64,000 nt of DNA, from positions 4,642 to 68,641 of the forward strand of contig JADGBR010000002.1 of assembly GCA_015231405.1 (NCBI GenBank). Reading direction: 5' to 3'. A model generated the notes under the pieces. That model saw only the letters and a program-made list of their open reading frames with translations. It did not search any database and was not told the DNA's origin. The DNA is from Candidatus Omnitrophota bacterium. Its GTDB lineage: Bacteria; Omnitrophota; Gorgyraeia; Tantalellales; Tantalellaceae. Below, piece after piece: positions 17,608 through 27,128 of this stretch (position 1 is the first letter of the stretch; each line of letters starts with the position of its first letter). Position numbers and translations under genes: made by a program.

Positions 17608-19844
17608 ATCCCCTCAACCATCTTTTTTATGCGGGGAATATCCTTTTGGATATCCGTAACGGCAAGCTCCCGAAATTTGAAAGTGCCCGACAAGTAACCC
17701 GCGAACGCCGTCTCACGCTCCTCGATACCTGCCAGGAGATCTTTCCTTTCACCGACGATGTTATCCATAAGGCTTTGCCTCGTGTCGCAAGTCTCCATCA
17801 TTCTCCTGTACGGATCACGAGACCCTCCGGTGCCAAGGCCGAAAATCCCCGCTATATCCGCGTAGGCGCGTATAACTGCCCCGGGGATGATCTCTTTAAT
17901 GCCGACCCGTGTGCTCAGGTAGAACTTCATTCCTGTGGTCAATTCAAGCGCCGTCCTCGCAATATGCCGGATCTTAGCCCTTAGCATCATCCAGGGAGGC
18001 ACAGTAAGAAAAGGGTTCTTTCCCTTCAGATAGCTGAAAAAATGGACCCGTTTAGGATATGAATACACTTTCCTGTCCTCACCGAGGAATACCAGATCGT
18101 CTCCCAGGAAGGAATAACCGTCACGGACAAGGTTGAACGCTAAAGTCGTTTTTCCGGCGCCCGAAACAGCGGTGAATATATATCCGCCCCCGGCGCCGGC
18201 GACAGCCGACGCGTGTATCATAAGAAGACCCGTTCTTAGAGCGGCGTAATATACCAGCGGCTCGACTATCTCCGTCTGAAGAAAAACGGCCGACATCGAC
18301 GGAAAAAAGACCCTCGCGCATAGGGGAGTATTGAAGTACACATCGATATCGCGGCAGTCTATGCCCCGGATGAGAAATTTGTAGGGATAGATCTTTTTGA
18401 ACACCCCTTCCCTCAAAATATCTTTTTCACGCTTCTCGGGGAATCCGGCGTCGACAATGACGTTTATCCTCAATGATCCGGGAGCTCCCTTGCCGCGCAT
18501 CGCCGGGTCGAATTCTTTCCTGAAATGTTCCGCGTAATGAGCGTCCCTGGATCGGACATTCACCTCTATCCGGGAATGGATGTTCATGGTGAACACATGC
18601 CGCGCGCCGCCGGAAGCTATAGAGCCCACCTCTTCGAAACGGTCGCGGTATCTCCTGGCGACCTCCTCGGTGGAACACATCCTGGACGTTTCAACCGCCA
18701 TTTTACCGAATACTTCGAGCCCCGGCATTGAAAGAGCCTCTTCCATTTTTCCCGCCAGCGCCTTAAAATCACCCGGGTCGAACAACCATCCGTTAACGCC
18801 GTCCTTCACGATATCCGGGATACCGCTGATATCGCTGCCGATAACAGGCACGCCTCCTGCCATGGCCTCGGCTACAACGACCGGCATCCCCTCGGTCTCT
18901 CCTTTTCTATCAAAGACCGAAGGGACCAAAAGCGCGTCGCTCGCCGCGTAGTACCTCGGAAGGTCCGCCTGGGCCACCCATCCCGCGAATTTAAAATATT
19001 CCTCCAGGCGCTTATCTTTTACGGCCTTCTTTATTATGTCCTCAAGCGGGCCTCCGCCTGCCAATACCACGCGAAAATCTTTTTTCCGTCCGGTGAGTAC
19101 CTCCACGGCGCTGACTATATCTTTTATCCCTTTCTTCTCAACGAATTTACCGACAAAAAGGAAAGTAAATCTTTCTTCAAGCCCTAACTTCGCGCGGGCC
19201 CCCGGCCTGTCATTCCCCGGCCTGAACCTTGAGGTGTCGACTCCCATGGGGATAACTTCCGGCGCTTTCTCGTCGAATGATCCGGAAAGATTGACGAGCT
19301 CAGACCTCAAATAATTACTTACTGCCAGGACCATATCCGTATGGGCCGCTATGAATTTCGCCAGGATCCTTCCCGCCGAGCCTAGCCTTTTGAGAAAAAA
19401 GATATCAGCAGCGTGCGTTGTCGAAACGTGTTTTATCCCGGTGGTCATGCTCACAAAAGCCGAGATAAGCCCCTGCGGGACAAGCCAGTGTGAGTTAATA
19501 AGCCGGATGTTCTCCCTCCGGGCGAGGCTGATGACCGCCAGGAATTCCGAAATAAAATAGAACGGGAGCAAAAGCACGGACCACGGGTATTTCCTTATAT
19601 CGTTAAGCATCCCTACGCCGCTGGAGATGACTTCCAGTGATTCAGGAAAAAAATACCTGAATCTCCTTACGGTTACGCCCTCCAGATCCTCTTTCACCCT
19701 CGCTCCGGGCGAATGAGGCGCTACTATATAAACCTTATAGTAAGTTTTCAGCCGGAGGGCAAGATCAAGGACGAACCTGGCGGTCATGATGTCGCTTTTA
19801 TCCCTGGGAAAAGTGCTTGTAACGATAAGTATGCTCTTATTCAT
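17601..19844 (-). CDS. GT4 glycosyltransferase fused to an HprK-related P-loop kinase domain
   Basis: GT4 about aa 1-410 (SHW, GKFVEKKG, EGMPVVVAEAM); C-terminal IHASAV...SGAGKTTLA...FLGDDLV. Confidence 0.85.
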   Translation of the reverse strand: MNKSILIVTSTFPRDKSDIMTARFVLDLALRLKTYYKVYIVAPHSPGARVKEDLEGVTVRRFRYFFPESLEVISSGVGMLNDIRKYPWSVLLLPFYFISEFLAVISLARRENIRLINSHWLVPQGLISAFVSMTTGIKHVSTTHAADIFFLKRLGSAGRILAKFIAAHTDMVLAVSNYLRSELVNLSGSFDEKAPEVIPMGVDTSRFRPGNDRPGARAKLGLEERFTFLFVGKFVEKKGIKDIVSAVEVLTGRKKDFRVVLAGGGPLEDIIKKAVKDKRLEEYFKFAGWVAQADLPRYYAASDALLVPSVFDRKGETEGMPVVVAEAMAGGVPVIGSDISGIPDIVKDGVNGWLFDPGDFKALAGKMEEALSMPGLEVFGKMAVETSRMCSTEEVARRYRDRFEEVGSIASGGARHVFTMNIHSRIEVNVRSRDAHYAEHFRKEFDPAMRGKGAPGSLRINVIVDAGFPEKREKDILREGVFKKIYPYKFLIRGIDCRDIDVYFNTPLCARVFFPSMSAVFLQTEIVEPLVYYAALRTGLLMIHASAVAGAGGGYIFTAVSGAGKTTLAFNLVRDGYSFLGDDLVFLGEDRKVYSYPKRVHFFSYLKGKNPFLTVPPWMMLRAKIRHIARTALELTTGMKFYLSTRVGIKEIIPGAVIRAYADIAGIFGLGTGGSRDPYRRMMETCDTRQSLMDNIVGERKDLLAGIEERETAFAGYLSGTFKFRELAVTDIQKDIPRIKKMVEGIC

Positions 19845-20662
19845 GCTACGCGGCGTTCCACGCCCCCTGAGCCTTTTTTAACCGCTACGACGAGAACGGA
19901 TCCCGCCCCGGCCCATGGCATATATCTCTCCAGAAATCCACCCACCCGAACAGCGGCGGAATTTTCCCTGTCGTAGACTTTTTTATCTCTGAAAAATCCG
20001 GAGAATTCCACAAGGCTGAAAATATGGTCGACAGGCATGGTCCTTTCGATATGGAAACCGCCGTTCGTTATCGCTCTTTCCAGCTCCCCAACATTGAAAT
20101 ATCTCTGGTAGTAATAGTTCTTTTCGGGTTTACCCATAAGACGCCTGAGTGAACGGCTGCGTTTCATAAGGTTGAGCGGAGCCTTGACACCAAGGAACAC
20201 GTTAAAGTACGGCACTGATAAAATAAGCCTCCCGCCGTCCTTTAGGACGCGGTACGCTTCCCGTAACGCCTTATCCGGACCTTCGGCGAAATGTTCGATG
20301 ACCCCGAAGGAAAGGTAGGCGTCGAAAGATCCTGACCCGAAAGGGAGATCCCTTATATCGGCCGTGGACACTTTCTGTGACGGGTCATATTCCCTTATCT
20401 TCCTCATACATTCATCGTCATAGTCGACGCCTGAGATATCATATCCCATTCCCCTCAACTTTATGACCCACGGGCCAAGCCCGCACCCCGCTTCCAGAAC
20501 ACTTCCTCCACGGGGAAGATAGGAAATAACCGTATCCTTGATCTTAATGACCCTGGGATAAGTGAAAATACCCATGATAGTCGCGATGTCTATCTCTTCC
20601 CAGTTTTCCCTCCAGGCTTTTCGTGTGGCTTCATCGGTCCTTACGGCTTTCCCTTGTCTCAT
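19841..20662 (-). CDS. Class I SAM-dependent methyltransferase
   Basis: VLEAGCGLG, GVD, FDAYLSFGVIEH, RVLKDGG. Confidence 0.9.
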   Translation of the reverse strand: MRQGKAVRTDEATRKAWRENWEEIDIATIMGIFTYPRVIKIKDTVISYLPRGGSVLEAGCGLGPWVIKLRGMGYDISGVDYDDECMRKIREYDPSQKVSTADIRDLPFGSGSFDAYLSFGVIEHFAEGPDKALREAYRVLKDGGRLILSVPYFNVFLGVKAPLNLMKRSRSLRRLMGKPEKNYYYQRYFNVGELERAITNGGFHIERTMPVDHIFSLVEFSGFFRDKKVYDRENSAAVRVGGFLERYMPWAGAGSVLVVAVKKGSGGVERRVA

Positions 20663-20689
20663 TTTGGGTATATCCTTTTAGCGCGGCGC

Positions 20690-21643
20690 TCAACCTTTCT
20701 TTTTCTTGTCGTAAAAATTTTTCTTTAGCCTGTACAGTATCTCCTCATTGAGCTTCCTGTTGGCGGACATGATATCCCCCAAGAGTCCTATCATGATTAT
20801 CATGAAGCCGGTTATAAGACACGCCGACGCTATTATCAAAGATTGTACATGCCCTCCCTGATGGCGGGTGAAGTGTGCCGCAAGGAAACGCGCGACAAGA
20901 AAAAGGCCGGCGAATATGGGGATAAGGCTTAGTTTGACGAAACTTTTCAAAGGCTCGTACATCATATAGATGCGCAGCATCGTTACAACGCTTCTCTTTA
21001 TGTACGAAGGGACGCTTTTTATCAGCCTGGATTCCCTGAGCTTGGCATTTGTGGAGATGTTCACATAGGTTATCGGAAGCTCTTTCAACCCAGCCTGAAT
21101 TATGCTTTCTATCGTATACGTATAATTCGAAAATATATTAAGCCGCATAGCTGCGTCCCTGGAATACGCCCTGAACCCGCTGGTAGTATCCGGAATGTCC
21201 GTTTTCGAGAACTTTCTCACGACTGAGCTGCCTATTCCCTGGAGCCATTTCTTGACCGGCGAAAAGTGGCTGATAGAAGCGATATCACGGCACCCGATCA
21301 CCATTTCAGCCTTACCTTCAAGGATCGGCTCTATCAGTTTGGGGATATCCGCGCCGCTATACTGGTTATCGCCGTCGATATTCACTATTATGTCCGCTCC
21401 AGCTTCCACGGAGCTATCCAGGCCCCGCCTGAAAGCCTCAGCCAGACCCCTATTAACCGGGAGATCGACGATATGCCTGACGCCCAGCCCCCTCGCTATC
21501 TCGACTGTAGCGTCGGTCGAGCCGTCGTTGACCACCAGAACCTCGATCTCGTCGATGCCCGCGATCTTTTTCGGAAGGTCTCTAAAAGCCTCCGGCAAAG
21601 TTTTTTCCTCGTTGAAACAGGGTATCTGAATGATGAGCTTCAT
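20690..21643 (-). CDS. Glycosyltransferase family 2 with two C-terminal TM helices (ArnC/GtrB-like)
   Basis: IQIPCFNEE, NDGSTD, IDGDNQY, DTTSGFRAY, C-terminal TM pair. Confidence 0.9.
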   Translation of the reverse strand: MKLIIQIPCFNEEKTLPEAFRDLPKKIAGIDEIEVLVVNDGSTDATVEIARGLGVRHIVDLPVNRGLAEAFRRGLDSSVEAGADIIVNIDGDNQYSGADIPKLIEPILEGKAEMVIGCRDIASISHFSPVKKWLQGIGSSVVRKFSKTDIPDTTSGFRAYSRDAAMRLNIFSNYTYTIESIIQAGLKELPITYVNISTNAKLRESRLIKSVPSYIKRSVVTMLRIYMMYEPLKSFVKLSLIPIFAGLFLVARFLAAHFTRHQGGHVQSLIIASACLITGFMIIMIGLLGDIMSANRKLNEEILYRLKKNFYDKKKKG

Positions 21644-21676
21644 AGGCCACCTCTTTTTAGTCAGACTGTGTTCGTG

Positions 21677-22438
21677 TTATTTCCGTATTGCAACACAGTC
21701 TGACTCTTTACGCAATATCCATATATACGTCGGCACCAGCCAATACAGATGCTCCGAGACGAACACGGCCGCCCTCTGGCCCAATGAGCCTGGGCTGACC
21801 ATATCCGTAGCCCGGAATGTCACAGGATCGTTTATAACTTTAACGGTATAATCTGACACTTTAAAATCCGATACCATCTTTTTCAATCCCGGGAGGCAGA
21901 AAGACCTCACGTCATAAGCCCCGCCCCCGGCCAAACCCAGATATGCGTCGGCGAGAGGCTTGGGAAAATATGAAAGGAACGGAAGTTTGTAATGCGGTTC
22001 TATCGGGATAAGCCGGTTCATAGCCGTGAAATAACACACCCCGCCGGGTTTGAGGACACGCCATATTTCTTTCACAAGCTTTCCCGGGTCATCGACATGT
22101 TCATATATCCCGGCGCATACCGCGGCGTCAAAAGATCCGTCCGGGAAATCCATACGCTCGCCGCTCTGGACCGAGAAACGGATCCCCGGCCATTTAGCGC
22201 GCGCGTAATTGACCGCCTCCTCGTCAGGGTCAATGCCGGTCACATCAAAACCGTCCTTTAGCGACGCCGAGATGATCCCAAGCGAACAGCCTATGTCAAG
22301 AAGCGACCCGGAGCGTTTCCCGGAGTCATGTAACACGGCCTTGATCTTTTCGGCCTTCCTCGTCCTGTCGGCTATGTACGCCTCTTCCGCTTTCTTGTTA
22401 TGTTCCTGAAATAGTTTTTTCCTGAATTCCTTTTTCAT
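21677..22438 (-). CDS. Class I SAM-dependent methyltransferase
   Basis: LLDIGCSLG, SFD, YEHV, RVLKPGG, IEPHY. Confidence 0.9.
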   Translation of the reverse strand: MKKEFRKKLFQEHNKKAEEAYIADRTRKAEKIKAVLHDSGKRSGSLLDIGCSLGIISASLKDGFDVTGIDPDEEAVNYARAKWPGIRFSVQSGERMDFPDGSFDAAVCAGIYEHVDDPGKLVKEIWRVLKPGGVCYFTAMNRLIPIEPHYKLPFLSYFPKPLADAYLGLAGGGAYDVRSFCLPGLKKMVSDFKVSDYTVKVINDPVTFRATDMVSPGSLGQRAAVFVSEHLYWLVPTYIWILRKESDCVAIRK

Positions 22439-22451
22439 ATTATTCCGGGCC

Positions 22452-23267
22452 TCACCCGGAAAAAGAGTTCAACGCCTCGTCCAATTTGGAATACTCGGCG
22501 TCTATTTTGTTTTTTTTGATATATACGGTCACCCTGGACATCCACACAAGTGTCGCGGCGAAAGAGTAAAACACGATCCAAGGAATGAATATCTCGGATC
22601 TGACGAAAAAATTAAGTATCGAGACCGGCAGCATAAAATAAATGATCGCAGGGAAAGTGCATACATAGTGAAGACCGCTGAAACATTTTTTCAGCGGGGA
22701 AGCCGCGTTCTTTTCGTCCCTTGAGCTTTCCATCTTTTTAAAGACCACCGGCTTAGCAGGTTCAAGCAGTCTTCCCCTGAGCCTCTTATACAGGACGCTG
22801 TAGTGGACATCCAGAAAAGCGTCGATCAAATGCGCCGAATACCCGGCGGCTATAGACAATAAAAAGACCCAGAAAATACCGTACCGGAGATATAGCCCAA
22901 AGCCTATCGACATAAAGAACCACGGATGCACGATATAATGGGCCATGTAATCGAAAAATCTTCCGGTCGCGCCCATCTGATCCCTGTATCTGGCTATCTC
23001 ACCGTCGACCATGTCCAGAGTATACCAGAATTGCAGACCTATCGCTCCTATCAGGAAAGCGGGTTTGGTGGCGAAAAGAAATACCCCGCATATGACGAAA
23101 CCCGTGACGATGAACGTTAAAGTAACGCCGTTAGCGCTTATAGGCGTATGGAGAAGAAGCCATGTGATCCTGACGGATACCTTCCTCAGGATATTCATCA
23201 TGTACCAGTCATCGGTATTACGCCGCGGATGCTGGCATCTTATCTCTAATTCCCTTATTGTTTCCAT
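22452..23267 (-). CDS. CDP-alcohol phosphotransferase family membrane protein
   Basis: SANGVT, LDMVDGEIAR-x7-GRFFD; last motif Asp replaced by His. Confidence 0.85.
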   Translation of the reverse strand: METIRELEIRCQHPRRNTDDWYMMNILRKVSVRITWLLLHTPISANGVTLTFIVTGFVICGVFLFATKPAFLIGAIGLQFWYTLDMVDGEIARYRDQMGATGRFFDYMAHYIVHPWFFMSIGFGLYLRYGIFWVFLLSIAAGYSAHLIDAFLDVHYSVLYKRLRGRLLEPAKPVVFKKMESSRDEKNAASPLKKCFSGLHYVCTFPAIIYFMLPVSILNFFVRSEIFIPWIVFYSFAATLVWMSRVTVYIKKNKIDAEYSKLDEALNSFSG

Positions 23268-23268
23268 C

Positions 23269-24066
23269 CTATCCTTCCAAGGACCGGTCTTTGAAATACC
23301 TGTCCAGAACGCCCTTCTCTTTCCAGTCCATGTACCTGGAATAATCCCTTTCCGAATCGAACTCGAGCCACCCTCCGTTCACCGGGACGGCCTTGACCCT
23401 GTGCCCGAGGTCTATTGCTCTCTGCAGCATATCCGTCATATATCCGTTCTGAAAGTTCTTGGACCTCAGCCATTTTTTATCCCAATATTCCTTTTTATCG
23501 GTGTCGTATATGTTCGAGATAATGTCTATCCCCTTTTTGGAAAATTTTAAAAGCCCTATATACTGGCCTTTCACCCTGGATATATCCGGCCTGGGCTCGC
23601 CTATATCCACGATCTCATTTTTTCCGTTAAAGACCATCGACTCCGTCTCAGAGAGAAAATCCTCACCGAACCGGTCCCTGAAATACCCCGCGCCGTTCAA
23701 GTCGACGACGACGCTTATGTCGTCCTTTGACTCCAAAAGAGCCCTGAGCACTTTGCGTTCATAGACAATATCCCCGTAAGATACCATCACGGCGCCGTCC
23801 CATAAAGGCCTGGTGCAAAAGAACGATTCCACCATGTTCGTCGCGGCAAAACGCTCGTTAATAACCTTTTTGGCCCCGGGGCAATCGAGATTATCGGCCA
23901 TATGCCCGGCGACAACTATTATGTCTTCGATCCCCTCGGCACGCATCGCGCCAAGCTGCCTGTCTATGATCCTTTTTCCAAGGAACTCAAGCATGCACTT
24001 ATGCTTATCACGAGTGAGAGATCCCATCCTGGACCCTGTTCCCGCCGCCAAAATCACCGCTTTCAT
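23269..24066 (-). CDS. Phosphocholine cytidylyltransferase family nucleotidyltransferase (Cj1416-like)
   Basis: ILAAGTGSRM, KCM, TNMVES, SYGDI, GQYIGLLK, MTDMLQ, WLEFD. Confidence 0.88.
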   Translation of the reverse strand: MKAVILAAGTGSRMGSLTRDKHKCMLEFLGKRIIDRQLGAMRAEGIEDIIVVAGHMADNLDCPGAKKVINERFAATNMVESFFCTRPLWDGAVMVSYGDIVYERKVLRALLESKDDISVVVDLNGAGYFRDRFGEDFLSETESMVFNGKNEIVDIGEPRPDISRVKGQYIGLLKFSKKGIDIISNIYDTDKKEYWDKKWLRSKNFQNGYMTDMLQRAIDLGHRVKAVPVNGGWLEFDSERDYSRYMDWKEKGVLDRYFKDRSLEG

Positions 24067-24719
24067 ATTTTCCTCCAGAATCCTGTCCTGTTCCTGAACG
24101 CCGTGACCAAGGCGTCGTTCACATAACTGTCAGGGCTTTTCCTCTCAGGGTGCCACTGCACCCCCAGTATCGGATACTTCGTATGACAGAGAGCTTCCAC
24201 GCCGGACGTGATCGAAACAGCGAGAACCTTGAGTTCGGGTGACACCTTCCCGAAAAATACGCCCTGCCTGTGGAATGAATTGACGTTGATCCTTGATCTC
24301 CCCAGGAGCGACTTGAACTCGACATCCGTCACATTGACCTCGTGGCTATCCGTAACATGGGTCTTCAAGTCCAGCCCTTTAAGAGTGAGAGTTTCGGGCA
24401 AGCCTCCCTTAAAGTAGTAATTGATGAACTGCATCCCCCGGCATATCCCCAGGACGGGAAGTGAGCGTTTTACCGCAAGGTCCAGCAGCTTTTTCTCCTG
24501 CTGGTCCCTCACCGGTTCGGACCCTATATCGTTCCCGCCGGAAAGGATCATCCCTCTTATGTCAAAATAGCGCAAATACGACTCTACATCCGCTACCGCG
24601 TTCGATACGGGCAATAACGTTATACCCTTACCCCCGAAGTAGCTGACATAGTCGTTATAAAGAAAATCCGCCGGACTGTCGTATTTCCGCTCTATGCCGC
24701 AAGAAATGGCCAAAAGCAT
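24063..24719 (-). CDS. Peptidase C26 / gamma-glutamyl hydrolase (Cj1417-like gamma-glutamyl-CDP-amidate hydrolase)
   Basis: LSGGND, GICRGMQ, VNSFH, QWHPER. Confidence 0.85.
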   Translation of the reverse strand: MLLAISCGIERKYDSPADFLYNDYVSYFGGKGITLLPVSNAVADVESYLRYFDIRGMILSGGNDIGSEPVRDQQEKKLLDLAVKRSLPVLGICRGMQFINYYFKGGLPETLTLKGLDLKTHVTDSHEVNVTDVEFKSLLGRSRINVNSFHRQGVFFGKVSPELKVLAVSITSGVEALCHTKYPILGVQWHPERKSPDSYVNDALVTAFRNRTGFWRKI

Positions 24720-24722
24720 GTT

Positions 24723-27128
24723 TTATCCCTCCAGGGGTTCCAGCACCTGTTTCGCCCCGTCTATGACCACGAATCTGGAACTCACCAGCCTGTCAAATAT
24801 TGTCGGACCGCATCCGATAGCGGCCGGTATCCCGAACTCAGCGCACCTTATAGCCATATGCGAGGCCACGCCCCCGTATTTCGTCACTATCCCCATGGGT
24901 TTCCTCGAAAATATCCAGTCATAACCGGGATCGGCGTTCTCAAGGAAAATGATGTATTCTCTCATATCCTCTATTTTCATGAACCCAGCTACATCATACA
25001 CAAGAACCGGCCCCTTAGCAATTTTTTCCGTGATAAAATTAGGCCTTGCCTTATAGAAACGCACGATATCGATATCCTTCTCGCTTATTATGACCGGCGG
25101 AAGAATAAGATGATCCGACCACACCTTCTCTTTTTTGTGCCTTTCAAGCGACTGCCTTATTACCCTCCCGGCGTGATCCGAGTCCGAATACTCAGGGTTC
25201 CTGAATTTGAGCAGAGTATTAAGGTCCACCTGGCTGAGATCTTCCCTCGTAAACCCCAGTTTGCCGCCTGCGAGAGCCAGAAACTCTATGGCTTCGCTCA
25301 GCGTTCGCGTGAACTCGAGTTTCGCGTCTTCCCTGAGCTTGATAGCCTTCTCTATGAAAGTCAGGAGCGTCTTCGCGCTGCCGTTGATCTTATCGCGTTC
25401 CATAACGCGGTTAATTGCCGATATCTCCGCGGCGGGAAACGCGAATTTTTCACGGCTGGCCACGCCCTCCTGCCGCGCGTCGCCCTTTTTACTGAAAAAA
25501 CCTTTTTTCATATCGCGATACCTGAGTGCCGTTATGTCGTACGTACCCGGCCTTAAGTGCCCGTAAGAGGAGAAAAAGTCACAAAGGCTCAGTTTACCGC
25601 TCTGCATCCGGGCGAGATCGGCGCTGAAATCCGACGCCACGGTTTGAATGGAATTCAGAAAACCGTGATAGGAATCGCCCGATATTACCCCTTCGTCCCT
25701 CAAACTCATCAATATGCTTTTTCCGATGAACGCCAGTCTGGCCAGGCGCGCGAATGGAAGTATCCCGAATTTTTTACAGTTCTGGAGCAGGTTGTACGCT
25801 ATGTAGAACAATGTCCACGGCGAATCGTCATCGCGGTTCCGAAATGATAATAACCTGGCCTTTCGCTGTGTGAGATGCCGGACAAGCTCCATATCCCTGG
25901 CAAAAAGATATTCCGCGTCGTCCAGGATACCGTTCGTGAGTTTCCGGAGGGCCCTAGTAAAGATCTCTATCTCCCCTCGTTTGAATCCTGATTTTTTCAG
26001 TTCCAGAAGCTGCCGTTCAAGGGAAAAGTTATAACATGACCAGACTATCTCGAACTCTATCTTGTCCTGCCTTTCGGGGTAGCGCTCAAGCTTATCCAAG
26101 TAATGGTCGACTATCTTTCCGGCAAGTTCGTCCGGGACATCTACAGGCAGCAAAGAATTAAAACTCAGCCGTGTATCAATATAAGGCCGTTTGCCGAAGG
26201 ATATCATGAGATCGCCCGGATAAACGTCCCGGTATCCAAGGGAAGACCTTGCCTCGTGCCAGACAGAATCCGTTATTAGAAAACTGTACAGGGAGTAATC
26301 CAGAGTATTCGGCCTGTTACCTATCATCTCAGCCGGGTTCCAGTCCGGCATATCGCCAAAAATAGTGCGGCTTCCCCCCAGGTGCGGTATCGGCCTCGAG
26401 AACCGCGAGTATTTTGCCTTCATGCTCCCTATGAGTTCCCCGATGTGGCCTTCGTCGGGGAAAGCCAGCCCCCTGTTCGCGGCAAGAGGCCTCACCTGGA
26501 AAATGACCACCTTCCCGGCGGAAGTGATAGCGAACTCTATATCTAGCGAGCGTTTGGGAAAATGGCCCTCTATCTCCCTGACCGAGTCCAATAAAGCCGC
26601 CCATTCACCCGCTTCACGGCTTTTAGCTCCGCGGAATATGCACACCAGATCCCCCGATATCCCTCCGGTAACGGTATCCGTCTTACCCGTGATACCATCG
26701 TAATTAATGATGTAATACGGGGCGTTCGTCCCAAGGCCCCTGGTAAAAACGACTCCGCTTATACGCACCGAACGCGTCTGGGTCTGGACAATGACCTGGT
26801 CATCGAAAAGCGGGGCTTTTTTTTCGGCATATGACCCTATAACTCGCTCTATCGAGCTTATCAGGGCTGCGGGGCTAGCGCTATCCACGCCTATCTCGCT
26901 GTGAAAATAACCGGCCTGCGAGGATCTCTCCGTGTCTTCGTTCCGCGATGAGCTTCTGACAGCTACAGGCTTGGGCGAGAATCTGCCCATGATCTTTTTT
27001 ATTACGTCGGGTCTGGCGGACTCCCATTCTTTAACCGTGAATACATAGATATCCTCGACATACCCTTTCTTGATTGTTTCCTTAAGATACGAGAGAACAT
27101 CCGCTTTTGACCTCAGCCTATTTTTCAT
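24723..27128 (-). CDS. PEP-utilising/ATP-grasp enzyme, L-glutamine kinase (Cj1418-like)
   Basis: VRSSSRNED, SGVVFT, DIEFA, FQVRP, MPDWNPAEMIG, GHLRPGTYDI, phospho-His domain GGVASHMAIRCAEFGIPAAIG. Confidence 0.88.
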   Translation of the reverse strand: MKNRLRSKADVLSYLKETIKKGYVEDIYVFTVKEWESARPDVIKKIMGRFSPKPVAVRSSSRNEDTERSSQAGYFHSEIGVDSASPAALISSIERVIGSYAEKKAPLFDDQVIVQTQTRSVRISGVVFTRGLGTNAPYYIINYDGITGKTDTVTGGISGDLVCIFRGAKSREAGEWAALLDSVREIEGHFPKRSLDIEFAITSAGKVVIFQVRPLAANRGLAFPDEGHIGELIGSMKAKYSRFSRPIPHLGGSRTIFGDMPDWNPAEMIGNRPNTLDYSLYSFLITDSVWHEARSSLGYRDVYPGDLMISFGKRPYIDTRLSFNSLLPVDVPDELAGKIVDHYLDKLERYPERQDKIEFEIVWSCYNFSLERQLLELKKSGFKRGEIEIFTRALRKLTNGILDDAEYLFARDMELVRHLTQRKARLLSFRNRDDDSPWTLFYIAYNLLQNCKKFGILPFARLARLAFIGKSILMSLRDEGVISGDSYHGFLNSIQTVASDFSADLARMQSGKLSLCDFFSSYGHLRPGTYDITALRYRDMKKGFFSKKGDARQEGVASREKFAFPAAEISAINRVMERDKINGSAKTLLTFIEKAIKLREDAKLEFTRTLSEAIEFLALAGGKLGFTREDLSQVDLNTLLKFRNPEYSDSDHAGRVIRQSLERHKKEKVWSDHLILPPVIISEKDIDIVRFYKARPNFITEKIAKGPVLVYDVAGFMKIEDMREYIIFLENADPGYDWIFSRKPMGIVTKYGGVASHMAIRCAEFGIPAAIGCGPTIFDRLVSSRFVVIDGAKQVLEPLEG

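Noticed and set aside
24723-27128. Housekeeping PEP synthase or pyruvate phosphate dikinase
   Set aside because: The phospho-His domain is C-terminal, no pyruvate-binding barrel is evident, and motifs plus neighbours fit the Cj1418 type.
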